Shown here: one piece after another, positions 9,095 through 18,802 of the stretch
Layout of the letters: each line of letters opens with the position of its first letter
Numbering within the stretch: position 1 is the stretch's first letter
Virus record (IMG/VR): IMGVR_UViG_3300013005_000034
Location: 1-64,000 of that record
DNA: 64,000 nucleotides
Reading direction: 5' to 3' (one strand)
Origin: a virus
Notes under the pieces: generated by a model
What the model was told of the DNA's origin: nothing
The model's input: only the letters and a program-made list of their open reading frames with translations
Database searches by the model: none
Made by a program: the position numbers and the translations under genes

Positions 9095-9592
9095 ATGAAT
9101 TTATTTATTTTATCAAACAGCAAAGAGGAATCGGCAATATTCCATACAGACAAACATATTGTTAAAATGCCGACTGAACTAAGTCAAATGTTATCGTTTG
9201 CTTATCATCATTCTAATTTATGGAAACATAATAATCCTGAATTTATTATGCAGTTTTCCAAAACACACGATTTGCACCCTTGCTCAAAATGGATGCGTGA
9301 AAGTTTATCTAACTGGATTTATAGTTGTGAGTTTGGATTAGAGCTATATAAAGAGTATCAGTTTAGATTCAATAAACCCGACAAACATCAAAGAGCAAAA
9401 AAAATATTTGAATTTTCACTAAACAACCCTCCTAATATTAAAGATATTGGCTTAACCCCTTTCGTTTGCGCTATGCCCGATGAAGTTAAGATTAGCGATT
9501 GTGCGGTATCTAATTACAGAAATTACTATAATAAATCGAAAACCCATTTGTTTAAGTGGACAGCAAGAAATAAACCTTATTGGATATATTAA
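9095..9592 (+). CDS. Pyrimidine-dimer DNA glycosylase/DenV-like protein
   Basis: MNLFIL...HTDKHIVKMPTELSQMLS...HPCSKW...YRNYY pattern. Confidence 0.75.
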   Translation: MNLFILSNSKEESAIFHTDKHIVKMPTELSQMLSFAYHHSNLWKHNNPEFIMQFSKTHDLHPCSKWMRESLSNWIYSCEFGLELYKEYQFRFNKPDKHQRAKKIFEFSLNNPPNIKDIGLTPFVCAMPDEVKISDCAVSNYRNYYNKSKTHLFKWTARNKPYWIY

Positions 9593-9602
9593 AAATAACA
9601 CT

Positions 9603-9908
9603 ATGAGAAAAACCTACAAAAAAATCAAACTTCAATTAGATACTGGGAAGATATTTGTTGAGGATGTAACCGAAAGTAACTTTCATCCCTCGCAAGTAAA
9701 TGAAATAATAAATGAAATAAATGATAAACACGATTATTCATTTACAATAGCAGAATCAAAATCAGTAAAAAAACAAACTATATCTTTAATCAAATACCAT
9801 TTGAGAAAAGTTGAAAAAGAGTTAAGTTATTTTAGAAGGCATCAGGAGTGTTACCAAAAGGCACTTGATAGAGTTTCAACAACAGATTTAATCAATGAAA
9901 ATGAATAA
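9603..9908 (+). CDS. Hypothetical protein
   Basis: Start moved to ATG 9603. Confidence 0.6.
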   Translation: MRKTYKKIKLQLDTGKIFVEDVTESNFHPSQVNEIINEINDKHDYSFTIAESKSVKKQTISLIKYHLRKVEKELSYFRRHQECYQKALDRVSTTDLINENE

Positions 9909-10332
9909 TAAAAGACCTTACAGATTAAAAGGCAATAAGTATCAGTTAGTTAATTTAAAGAAATTAACAGGGGAAGAAGTTTATTTGAGCAGAAACCAAG
10001 TTTTTGAAATAAACAACTTATTATTTGCCATAAAAGAAATTAACATAGAAATTAAAAACATAATCAAAGATGGCAAAAAAGGTACAAATAAAAGATGATT
10101 TAATCACAAATGAAGAATACAAAACTTTGAATATTATCTTAAATAAGATTCGTGTTCAGTTAAATTCCAAGATAAGCATTAGAGATACATTAGATGGCTT
10201 TATTATTATTCAAACTTACAATGATTCAGGAATAATTAGAAGTGAGGTGAAAACAAATAGCATAAAAACTGGTGTTAATTTTCTATATAACAAAATTTAT
10301 TAAATGAAATGTAATTTAAAATTATAATAAAA

Positions 10333-10497
10333 ATGATAAAAGTAGGAAGTGATTTTAGCGGAGTTGGTGCTTTTAATCAAGCACTTATGAGATTAGGTAT
10401 TGATTATGAAGAAGTATTTGCTTGTGAAAGTAAAAGAAAAGAAAAATTAATAATTAAATATGGAAAACTTAAAAAAAGAAATAGCCAAAAATATTAG
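10333..10497 (+). pseudogene. Truncated C5-cytosine DNA methyltransferase remnant
   Basis: MIKVGSDFSGVGAFNQALMRLGIDYEEVFACE matches motifs I-II; the frame then degenerates and stops at 54 aa. Confidence 0.7.
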
Positions 10498-10669
10498 GGC
10501 TAAAAGAAAAGAACTAAAATTAAAGCAACATCAAGTTGCCAAAGAATTAAATATTATACGAAATGCAGTAAGCAGATTGGAAAGTGGCAATCATTTAATT
10601 TCTATTGATGTGCTATATAAACTATGCAAGATATTTAATTGCGAATCCAAAGAAATACTTAAATTCTAA
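10460..10669 (+). CDS. XRE/Cro-type HTH regulator
   Basis: IRAKRKELKLKQHQVAKELNIIRNAVSRLESG. Confidence 0.85.
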   Translation: MENLKKEIAKNIRAKRKELKLKQHQVAKELNIIRNAVSRLESGNHLISIDVLYKLCKIFNCESKEILKF

Positions 10670-10850
10670 AAACATGAAACAAGAAAAAGAACAACAACAA
10701 GAACAACAATCAGCATTAGATTATTTTTGGAAACAAATAAGTAATAAATACTTAGATAGCTATCAAAAAGAATTATTTACTAAATTTTATGAAAAGGCTA
10801 AGTTAATTGAAATAGAACAGCAAAAAAAAACACAATTAAAAATTAAATAA

Positions 10851-11141
10851 ATGGAAGTAGGTCAAACATATTTAGGAAAAGAGATAAAAGAAAAGCACGA
10901 ATTTAACGTGGAGGGTACTTTTGAAAGTTTTTACGCAGCTCGTACTTGGGCAGTAAATAGGGGTTATGAAATAGGCTCTATGGATGGTCGTAATCCAATA
11001 GCAATGATGAAAGGTTATGACTATGTTGCTAAATGGCATAACTTAAACAGGAAAGAACAACAATCTGTTCATGGAGTAATGATTTCAGATTATTTTAGAG
11101 AAAAGCCAGTAACAATATTAATTTTTGAAAATTCAAATTAA
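10851..11141 (+). CDS. Hypothetical phage protein
   Basis: 96-aa ORF. Confidence 0.7.
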   Translation: MEVGQTYLGKEIKEKHEFNVEGTFESFYAARTWAVNRGYEIGSMDGRNPIAMMKGYDYVAKWHNLNRKEQQSVHGVMISDYFREKPVTILIFENSN

Positions 11142-11320
11142 TATTATGAAAAAAACAACACTAATAGCAATCGCACTTTTATTGTTAATAATAATGATAA
11201 CAAATGCAATTTTTAATAAAGACAAAAGTTCAGGATATATTATCGGGATTTGTGCAGGTCTATGTTTTGGTAGAATTTTAGCTGAAATAATATAATGGAA
11301 ACAAAATTTAATTAAAAAGA

Positions 11321-11503
11321 ATGAAAGACCAAAAATTTTTAATAGTAGAAAGCGCAAAAGAAGTGAATGATTATTTAGAAAAAGGATGGGAAGTAGTTTC
11401 GGTTACGCCTCAATCAGTTTCAGTTTCAGTAACTTCTTCTTCTTACGTTTACAAAGAATTAGTAGGGAAGTTTGCAGTAGTAATTCAAAAGATAAAACAA
11501 TAA
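11321..11503 (+). CDS. Small hypothetical protein
   Basis: NDYLEKGWEVVSV pattern. Confidence 0.55.
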   Translation: MKDQKFLIVESAKEVNDYLEKGWEVVSVTPQSVSVSVTSSSYVYKELVGKFAVVIQKIKQ

Positions 11504-12081
11504 TGGAAAATATTATAAACACAGGATATTATATGCTAATAGTAGATGATTCAGAGATTAAAAAGGAAACCTATTGTTATGATTCTATAAACAATATTCT
11601 TGTTTTCTACAAAGGTAGCATGAAGAATATTGGATTTCAAAAAGTGATTAGTCATTTACCACTCAATAACTCACCAATACTTGAAAATGTACCTCTTTTA
11701 CCACCACTTGAAGATGATAATATACATTTTGGAGATTTAAGAAATGTAGATGTAGATTCTTTTATGAGTGGCTACAACAAAGCCGAAGAGAAGTATAATT
11801 TAACTTTAGATAAGTTGCTTGACTTATACATTGAAGAAAGCGGTTATGGTATGGATATGTGGAGTAAAGAAGAAAATGCAACAATGAATATTGTAACTAA
11901 AATCATCCAATCCCTCCAACAACCAAAGATGCCTGTTGGGTTTAAGTGTGAAATAGAAGCAATGAACATAGATGAAATTAGAGAACAAGGAAAAGGTTTT
12001 TTAAATACTAATACAAAGAAATTAAAAACAATAACCAACTCACAAGGTCTTACTCAATTAGTAGGGGAATACATTTATTAA
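11503..12081 (+). CDS. Paralogous family (HLPLNNSPILE...VGEYIY), copy 2
   Basis: Start at ATG 11503 (MENIINTG). Confidence 0.8.
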   Translation: MENIINTGYYMLIVDDSEIKKETYCYDSINNILVFYKGSMKNIGFQKVISHLPLNNSPILENVPLLPPLEDDNIHFGDLRNVDVDSFMSGYNKAEEKYNLTLDKLLDLYIEESGYGMDMWSKEENATMNIVTKIIQSLQQPKMPVGFKCEIEAMNIDEIREQGKGFLNTNTKKLKTITNSQGLTQLVGEYIY

Positions 12082-12100
12082 CTAAAATCAAATAAAAAAA

Positions 12101-13129
12101 ATGAGAACATTAGCATCAATTCAAACAATAAAAGACATACAGCCAATAGAAAATGCCGATAGTATTGAGGTAGCAAGTATATTGGGTTGGAAAGTAGTAG
12201 TGTTGAAAAATCAATTCAAAGTTGGCGATAAGGTTGTTTATTGCGAAATAGATAGTTTATTGCCAGATATTGAAATATTTTCGTTCCTAAAACCAAGAGG
12301 TATGAGAATAAAAACTATTAGATTAAAAGGTCAAATAAGTCAGGGGATTTGCTTTCCGCTATCCACCGTTGAGTATTTTGGCTTACTTCCCGAAGATATG
12401 ATTGAAGGGCAAAATGTAACCGAAGCAATAGGTGTCGTTAAACACGAACCACCTATCCCAGCTTGTTTAAGTGGAGTTATGAAAGGAAAGTTCCCTTCGT
12501 TCATTCCTAAAACAGATGAAACAAGAGTGCAAGTATTACAAAAACTATTAGATAAATACGAGGGAACTAATTGCTACATTACCGAAAAAATTGATGGTAG
12601 TTCCGTTACCTATTACTTAAAAGATGGGGAATTTGGTGTTTGTAGTCGAAATATGGAATTGTTGGAATCCGAAGAAAATACATTTTGGAAAATGGCAAGA
12701 CAACTTAACATTGAAAACAAATTAAGGTCTTATGGAAAAAACATTGCTATACAGGGTGAATCGTTTGGCGAAAAAATACAAGACAACAAACTAAAAATAA
12801 AAGGGCATAGGGTATTATTTTTCAATGCTTTTGATATTGACAGGTTTGAGTATTTTAATTTTGAACAGTTTGCCTTACTAATGGCAAATTTAGGATTGGA
12901 TAATGTTCCTATTTTAGATTTCAACTATAAACTATCTAACAGTATTGATAGAATTATTGAAATGTCAAAAATAAAAAGCACCTTAAATAAAGATGTTTGG
13001 GCGGAGGGAATAGTAATTAGACCTCACAAAGAACGTATTGATTTGATGCTTTCAAATGAAAATTTCAACAATGGTCGTGTAAGTTTTAAAGCAATAAACC
13101 CTGAATTTTTAATTAAGTATGGAGAATAA
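12101..13129 (+). CDS. ATP-dependent RNA ligase, DRB0094 family
   Basis: N-terminal OB-like domain; TEKIDGSS (motif I), EGIVIR (IV), SFKAINPEFL (V). Confidence 0.9.
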   Translation: MRTLASIQTIKDIQPIENADSIEVASILGWKVVVLKNQFKVGDKVVYCEIDSLLPDIEIFSFLKPRGMRIKTIRLKGQISQGICFPLSTVEYFGLLPEDMIEGQNVTEAIGVVKHEPPIPACLSGVMKGKFPSFIPKTDETRVQVLQKLLDKYEGTNCYITEKIDGSSVTYYLKDGEFGVCSRNMELLESEENTFWKMARQLNIENKLRSYGKNIAIQGESFGEKIQDNKLKIKGHRVLFFNAFDIDRFEYFNFEQFALLMANLGLDNVPILDFNYKLSNSIDRIIEMSKIKSTLNKDVWAEGIVIRPHKERIDLMLSNENFNNGRVSFKAINPEFLIKYGE

Positions 13130-13619
13130 AAAAGTATTATTTCTTGACCACGATGGAGTAATTTGTTTGGCTACGGAGTGGGGTAGTCGTTTTAAAAACA
13201 AAGAGGGTTTTGATTCTTTATTTGATAGATTCAATCAAAAGGCAATAAATGTTTTGAATGAAATAATTGATGAAACCGATTGCGAGATAGTTATTAGTTC
13301 TGATTGGAGATTTCATTGCTCATTATCAGAAATGCAACAACTATATAAAATAAGAGGAATAGCAAAACCCCCTATGGCATATACTCGTTCTGATTTAGAT
13401 TGGAAACTATTTTTAGATGTTAATCCCAATAATGAATTAGAAAAAACAAGAGTTATGGAGATATTAAGTTATGTAAAGGAATATAATTTAGTTAATTGGG
13501 TAGCAGTAGATGATATGGATTTAAGTTTATTAGGGAATTTCGTTCATACTCCAAAATCTATGGAGGGAATTAAGCAGTCAGGTGTAAAAGAAAAAATAAT
13601 TAAATTTTTAAACAAATGA
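13119..13619 (+). CDS. HAD phosphatase (Swiss Army Knife RNA-repair type)
   Basis: FLDHDGV, ISSDWR, WVAVDD motifs; overlaps the RNA ligase stop. Confidence 0.85.
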   Translation: MENKKVLFLDHDGVICLATEWGSRFKNKEGFDSLFDRFNQKAINVLNEIIDETDCEIVISSDWRFHCSLSEMQQLYKIRGIAKPPMAYTRSDLDWKLFLDVNPNNELEKTRVMEILSYVKEYNLVNWVAVDDMDLSLLGNFVHTPKSMEGIKQSGVKEKIIKFLNK

Positions 13620-13757
13620 GATATAGAATAATGACAATTATATTGTTTTTCCCTTGCTGTTTGCTTGATTTTTTATTCTTATTAATCATTTATTTGCCTC
13701 TTTGGATAGTATGTGGAACTAAATTAACATCAAGGCAACCACTATTAGAATGGATAT

Positions 13758-14054
13758 TTGAACAATCAAATAATAAACACAATGAAAACTAAAGAAGAAA
13801 TAGAACAGTTGGCAGAAAAAGAATATAGAGAATATCCTAACAACCCTTTAGATGAACCAGCATGGCATTATAACAAGGATATACATTGCCATAAAAAAAG
13901 AAAAGCATTTATCAATGGCTACACTCAATGCCAAGAAAATATTAGTGAAATTTTAAAAAAAGCTATTGAATTTGGTTATCAATTAAGGAACAATAATAAA
14001 CCTATAAATAGTGGAATTGATTGGGTAAATGAATTTAAAAAAACAAAAAAATAA
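13758..14054 (+). CDS. Hypothetical phage protein
   Basis: MKTKEEIEQLAEKEY...AFINGY. Confidence 0.65.
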   Translation: MNNQIINTMKTKEEIEQLAEKEYREYPNNPLDEPAWHYNKDIHCHKKRKAFINGYTQCQENISEILKKAIEFGYQLRNNNKPINSGIDWVNEFKKTKK

Positions 14055-14260
14055 TTTTATCATGAATTGGGAAGCATTTAAAAAAATGACCTTTAAACAA
14101 AAGTTATTCACGATTTTTGTTGTTTGTCCAATATTTTTCATTTTTATTATCCCTTTGAGCAAAGCGGTTGCTAATAAAATCTATGAAAAAAAGAAATATA
14201 AAAAAGTAATCAAAAAAGGTTTGCTTTGGGATACTGAATACTTAATAGAAAAAGACTAAT

Positions 14261-14515
14261 ATGAAAACTAAAGAAGAATTTATAGCAAACTACTTAGATA
14301 AAAGTAAAAGGTTGAAAAACCACAACTTACCTTATGGATTACAGTATCTCATCTTAGTAGCACAGGTAGAAGAAGATGCCGAAAAGAAGTATAAATCTTA
14401 CCTTAAAAAACAACAAAATAATGATATTATTTGTCCTAAATGCGGAGGAGATAGTTGGAAGTTTAATGCTGTAAAAACAACTATTAAATATTGTAAATGT
14501 GGACATGATTTTTAA
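14261..14515 (+). CDS. Hypothetical protein with C-terminal Zn ribbon
   Basis: CPKC...CKCGH. Confidence 0.65.
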   Translation: MKTKEEFIANYLDKSKRLKNHNLPYGLQYLILVAQVEEDAEKKYKSYLKKQQNNDIICPKCGGDSWKFNAVKTTIKYCKCGHDF

Positions 14516-14538
14516 CTCACTAAACAAAAAAGATTAAT

Positions 14539-14769
14539 ATGACTAATGGAGAATATCAACATTTAACAAATGGTTTATTTACTAAACTTAATAGAATAAG
14601 CAAAGTATCTAAATATGCAAAGCAAGAAATTCACGATATTTTAAACGAAGAATTAAGTGAGCAAGATATTGAAATGGCTCATTCTCGTTTTATTTCTATG
14701 ATTGAACAAATTGATATATTATCAAGTGAAATTAAAGAGAATTATAAACTATTAAACAAACAAGACTAA
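14539..14769 (+). CDS. Hypothetical protein ending NKQD
   Basis: ORF track; shared terminus. Confidence 0.6.
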   Translation: MTNGEYQHLTNGLFTKLNRISKVSKYAKQEIHDILNEELSEQDIEMAHSRFISMIEQIDILSSEIKENYKLLNKQD

Positions 14770-14770
14770 T

Positions 14771-14962
14771 ATGAAAAAAACAACATCTATAAAGAAAATA
14801 TTATGCTTTTTAGGAATACACAAATTAGTATATTATCAAAAAGGACTACATACATCTATAATAGGTTGTACAAGATGCAACAAAACATATTTAGTAGGAG
14901 ATGTAGAAATATATAATTGTGATTTTGAATTAAAACTAACAAGTAAAAACAAACAAGATTAA
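14771..14962 (+). CDS. Small Cys/His protein ending NKQD
   Basis: LCFLGIH...CTRC. Confidence 0.6.
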   Translation: MKKTTSIKKILCFLGIHKLVYYQKGLHTSIIGCTRCNKTYLVGDVEIYNCDFELKLTSKNKQD

Positions 14963-14985
14963 TAACAACTAAAAACAAATAACAA

Positions 14986-15273
14986 ATGAAAATACAGCCA
15001 AACAAAAAACTAAATAAGTTAAGCAAATTCGATTTAGAATATGTTTTTAATTCAGCATTTCCAAAAATACCTAAAGAGGTAGATGAAATTATCATAGCTC
15101 ACGAAGAAGATTATGTGTTAATAACTAAATTGGGTTGTACTTTAGTTCTATTTAGCGATTATAGTATTGAGGTGTTTTCAAACATTATGCCTATTAGGGA
15201 AATTAATTTAGTTAATATAACAAACTCTCTAATTGATGTTAGAGCATTAAAAATCGAAAAAAATGAAAAGTAA
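14986..15273 (+). CDS. Hypothetical protein
   Basis: ORF track. Confidence 0.6.
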   Translation: MKIQPNKKLNKLSKFDLEYVFNSAFPKIPKEVDEIIIAHEEDYVLITKLGCTLVLFSDYSIEVFSNIMPIREINLVNITNSLIDVRALKIEKNEK

Positions 15274-15649
15274 AGTAAATACTGAATACAAAAAGTGTAG
15301 TCATTGCGGAAGTGAAAACATGGTGTCTGATTACCACTATAAGAGTGAAGAACTTTATGAGAGTTGCGATGTTTGCGGATTTTACTATTCCAAAATATTA
15401 TTAAATAATATTGAGGATGGTAACTACCCTAATGATTGGAAACCTGAATATAAAGAAACGAAAGGGCTAACTGGATTTGTATTTAAGATTTTCAGTTTTG
15501 ATTTAGAGGGTTTTTCAGTATGCTTTTGTGAAAAAAAGGATTTAGAAGCACTTATAGATAGTTTAGAGAATGACGAATCAGTAGATTTTTTTGGAGTTAC
15601 ATTTAAAGGTAAAAACGGATGTTACAAAACACAAATATTTAAACAATGA
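15263..15649 (+). CDS. Zn-ribbon protein
   Basis: CSHCG...CDVCG. Confidence 0.7.
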   Translation: MKSKVNTEYKKCSHCGSENMVSDYHYKSEELYESCDVCGFYYSKILLNNIEDGNYPNDWKPEYKETKGLTGFVFKIFSFDLEGFSVCFCEKKDLEALIDSLENDESVDFFGVTFKGKNGCYKTQIFKQ

Positions 15650-15927
15650 GAATAGTATCAGAAATTATTAAAACAAACAGGTTGAAAAAAGGAATTTCAA
15701 CAAAAGAATTTTCAAAGTATTTAGGAATATCTGAATCTATGCTTTCGAGAATAGAGGCAGGAAATAGAAAAATTAGTTCTAATAAGCTAAATAAAGTAGC
15801 TAAATTTCTTGAACTCCCTGAAAGAGAAATTAAAGTTCATTATTTAATTGATGACATAAAGAATAAATTTTCAAATGATAGTAATTTTAAAGAAGCAATT
15901 AAAAGATTAAGCCATGAACACAACTGA
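15646..15927 (+). CDS. XRE-type HTH regulator
   Basis: RLKKGISTKEFSKYLGISESMLSRIEAGNR. Confidence 0.85.
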   Translation: MRIVSEIIKTNRLKKGISTKEFSKYLGISESMLSRIEAGNRKISSNKLNKVAKFLELPEREIKVHYLIDDIKNKFSNDSNFKEAIKRLSHEHN

Positions 15928-16252
15928 ACTACTTAATAAAATAAATTACAATCCAAAACTTGTAGAAGAAATTATGAATTTCTTTGAGGGTAAGCATAGA
16001 ATAAAAACATCTTTTGAAAAGTTTTGTAATAAACACTACATAGATGTTAGTCCTTCTATATTGTTTGATTTTTTTGATAGCATAAATATAAAAATAGCAA
16101 TTTTACCTTTAAATAATACTGACTTTTGGACTTGTAGAATTTTTACTACCAATGGTATTATAATTCTAAATGATTTCTACAATAGAAAAGATGCAATATT
16201 AGGCGGATTAGATAGAGCTTTATACATATATAGTAATGGATTTGAATTTTAA
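15914..16252 (+). CDS. Hypothetical protein
   Basis: ORF track, overlapping neighbours. Confidence 0.6.
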   Translation: MNTTELLNKINYNPKLVEEIMNFFEGKHRIKTSFEKFCNKHYIDVSPSILFDFFDSINIKIAILPLNNTDFWTCRIFTTNGIIILNDFYNRKDAILGGLDRALYIYSNGFEF

Positions 16253-16622
16253 TATGAAAACAAAAGATATATTATTGGCAATACAAGAATTTGAAAAAAT
16301 TGATGATTTAATATGTTTCAAAGAAGAAATAAAATCCTTTAATGGTAAATCTCTTAGTATTAATAACCAAGTTTATTTACTTGATAATATAGAGGAATTG
16401 AAAAGATTATATATTAATGAAGTTTGCGAAAAAAGGAAATATACAAAAGATAAGATTGAAAACATTAAAATTTTTGAATATAGAGTTGAAGATTTTATAG
16501 ATATTTTATATTCCCACCTCATCAGCGAAAATCTAATAAGCATAATTTCTAATGCTATTATAAGCGATATTACAACAAAAATTTTTAATGATATTATAAA
16601 AGAAAAAATAAACAATAAATAA
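16236..16622 (+). CDS. Hypothetical protein
   Basis: ORF track. Confidence 0.6.
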   Translation: MDLNFNMKTKDILLAIQEFEKIDDLICFKEEIKSFNGKSLSINNQVYLLDNIEELKRLYINEVCEKRKYTKDKIENIKIFEYRVEDFIDILYSHLISENLISIISNAIISDITTKIFNDIIKEKINNK

Positions 16623-17104
16623 AAAACAAATGGAACAATTAGAACAACAATTAAATGAAAAAATGCTACAAATAGCAAAAGATTACATTCAGAGAAGAAA
16701 TGATAAACCTTTTGAGCAATACGAGGAGGCAAATTATCTTAATGAAAAATACCTTTCAGTAAAAAATGAATTTGAAAAGGAAGGCGATTTTTATATAATC
16801 TTAAATGAGTGCATAAAAGTAGTTTTAGGAAAAACAAAAAAAAATACAATATGAAAATTAAAAAAAGAAAAATTAAAAACCCTTGTACTATTTGTGGTAA
16901 AGAAGTTCGTTGGGGAATTGATGGATGCCCTATTGTTGAAAAAGGCAAAGATTTTGAAACTTTATTGGGTGGAGTAAAAGGTATGAAGCATTATGAGTGC
17001 AAATAAAATTTTTAACATAACGGTTTGCAAATAGGCAATCGTTTTAATGTTGCTTATTTGCTGTTAGCACCAATACGGATTATTAACAACAAAAATTAAA
17101 TAAG

Positions 17105-17491
17105 ATGAAAGAATTTAAAAAAGAAAATTTAGAATTTTACTTACCTGATACATTTAAAGGATTAAGTAAAGATTATTTACTTGAATGTATCTTCAATGAT
17201 GAGATACAGAAAAAATGGAATCCTGATGTTGGAGATATTATTATTGGTTGCACTGGCAATATTTTTGTAATTGGGGTTAAAGAAACATTACATGAAAGTA
17301 TTGGTGGGGCGAGATATTATTTTGGTGGTGGCTCTTGTAATAGAGATGGTGGTAATATATTAGACAGCACATTTTGTTATACCGCAAATGAATCAGGTAA
17401 GTTTTATCACACATTAAAAGGTGAAATTCAAAATATTTATCATTCGTGTATTAGAGATTTTAGATACGTTCCTTATCCACACGAAAGGTAG
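17105..17491 (+). CDS. Cassette cargo, hypothetical protein
   Basis: Between arms gttagcaccaatac/gtattggtgctaac. Confidence 0.75.
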   Translation: MKEFKKENLEFYLPDTFKGLSKDYLLECIFNDEIQKKWNPDVGDIIIGCTGNIFVIGVKETLHESIGGARYYFGGGSCNRDGGNILDSTFCYTANESGKFYHTLKGEIQNIYHSCIRDFRYVPYPHER

Positions 17492-17575
17492 TATTGGTGC
17501 TAACGGTTTGCGTATAAAAAATCGTTTTAATGTTTTTTATACGCTGTTATATTTAGTTTTTTAAAACTTTTACAA

Positions 17576-17761
17576 ATGAAAAATATAGAAGAAGCAATAC
17601 AACTTAACTCAATAGATGAAATTGAGGAAGAAATAAGACAACGAAAGGAATTAAGAGCAACGATGGTTGGTCAATTATATCCAAGAATATTAACTGACGA
17701 GATTTATAAACTCAATGAAAAGTTGTGGAATATAAGACACTCAAAAGTTTTAAAAACTTGA
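17576..17761 (+). CDS. Cassette cargo, hypothetical protein
   Basis: 61-aa ORF between the arms. Confidence 0.65.
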   Translation: MKNIEEAIQLNSIDEIEEEIRQRKELRATMVGQLYPRILTDEIYKLNEKLWNIRHSKVLKT

Positions 17762-17809
17762 ATATAACCGCTAACAGATATATGTAGTTTTAACACAATA
17801 TTTAATAAT

Positions 17810-18058
17810 ATGGAAGAAAGTAAAAATTTAGAACAAAATTTGAATAAGAGTAATGAAAAATTACATATATCTAATGTTAGTTGTAGTTTATCATACCAAC
17901 CAAGTTATGTTGAAACTGTTTGTGAAGGTGTGTTTTTCAGAATTAAAGCACCATTGATATTCAGTGCTGATGTTTTAGCTTATGCTGGTATATTTTCTTT
18001 GTTAGACAAAAAACACACCTTTGAATATTATTGCTTAAAATATCTATCTGAAAGATAA
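17810..18058 (+). CDS. Cassette cargo with linker-encoded N-terminus
   Basis: Starts in the linker loop (MEESKN...LHISN-V-SCS). Confidence 0.65.
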   Translation: MEESKNLEQNLNKSNEKLHISNVSCSLSYQPSYVETVCEGVFFRIKAPLIFSADVLAYAGIFSLLDKKHTFEYYCLKYLSER

Positions 18059-18221
18059 ATTACAACTAACGGTTTGCGTGTATAAGAAGTGGCGGATTAG
18101 AACTCCAAAACTTTCAGCAAACGCAGAACTTAATTAGAATTACAAAACATTAAATAACCAAGAAACCCGCCATTTTTTATACACGCTGTTAGTGGCTGGG
18201 CTTTTCACAAATTGAAACAAA

Positions 18222-18398
18222 ATGAACAAAATATTGATATGTGTATTATTGCAAATCGTTCTTTTTATTCCATTTTATTTGATATGGAGAAATGATTGTA
18301 AAACGATAGGTAAAGACAACTTGGCTGTTAGCTTACAAGAACGATTTTTGTATTGGCTAATATTTTGTCCAATTTGGTTGGTTGGTGTGTTGGATTAG
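18222..18398 (+). CDS. Cassette cargo, 58-aa two-TM protein (not in ORF track)
   Basis: MNKILICVLLQIVLFIPFYLIW...FLYWLIFCPIWLVGVLD. Confidence 0.65.
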   Translation: MNKILICVLLQIVLFIPFYLIWRNDCKTIGKDNLAVSLQERFLYWLIFCPIWLVGVLD

Positions 18399-18411
18399 CC
18401 TTGCCACTAAC

Positions 18412-18496
18412 TTACTTCTTTACGCTACAATTAAGGAAATAAAAAGTTATTAACAATTGCATAATTAAATAAAATAATTACTAATTTTGACCACAA
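18412..18496 (+). promoter_or_regulatory. Conserved array-terminal element, copy 2
   Basis: cgctacaattaaggaaataaaaagttattaacaat...ctaattttgaccac, contains TAATTTTG. Confidence 0.75.
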
Positions 18497-18751
18497 ATGA
18501 TACTAAAGTTTAAATACGGTTTTGAATACAATGATTTTCTTTATGGATGGAACAATAAAGAATTATACAGATTGCCCTCTAAGAGTGGCAATAAATCTTA
18601 TGGATTAAAGAAATTAGATTCTATTGTAGTTGGTAACTCAATTGGATATAGAATTAAACAACAAAAGTTCTCTTTAAAACAACTTAAAGATAGAACGATA
18701 TTCATAGACAAAGAATATCAAGTTATTAGCGATACAGTTGATATACCTTAA
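18497..18751 (+). CDS. Hypothetical protein, weakly similar to 22256..22504
   Basis: ELYRLP...YRIKQQKFSLKQLK. Confidence 0.65.
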   Translation: MILKFKYGFEYNDFLYGWNNKELYRLPSKSGNKSYGLKKLDSIVVGNSIGYRIKQQKFSLKQLKDRTIFIDKEYQVISDTVDIP

Positions 18752-18802
18752 AAAATCACAAACAAACAATAAACCAAAACACAAATCAAAATCACAAACA
18801 AC

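Larger units (their letters stand above)
17019..18411 (+). mobile_element. Integron-like cassette array 2 (cassettes 17063-17504, 17546-17768, 17876-18070, 18188-18411)
   Basis: Same GTT/AAC arms; hairpin linkers at 17019, 17502, 17766 and 18068. Confidence 0.85.
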
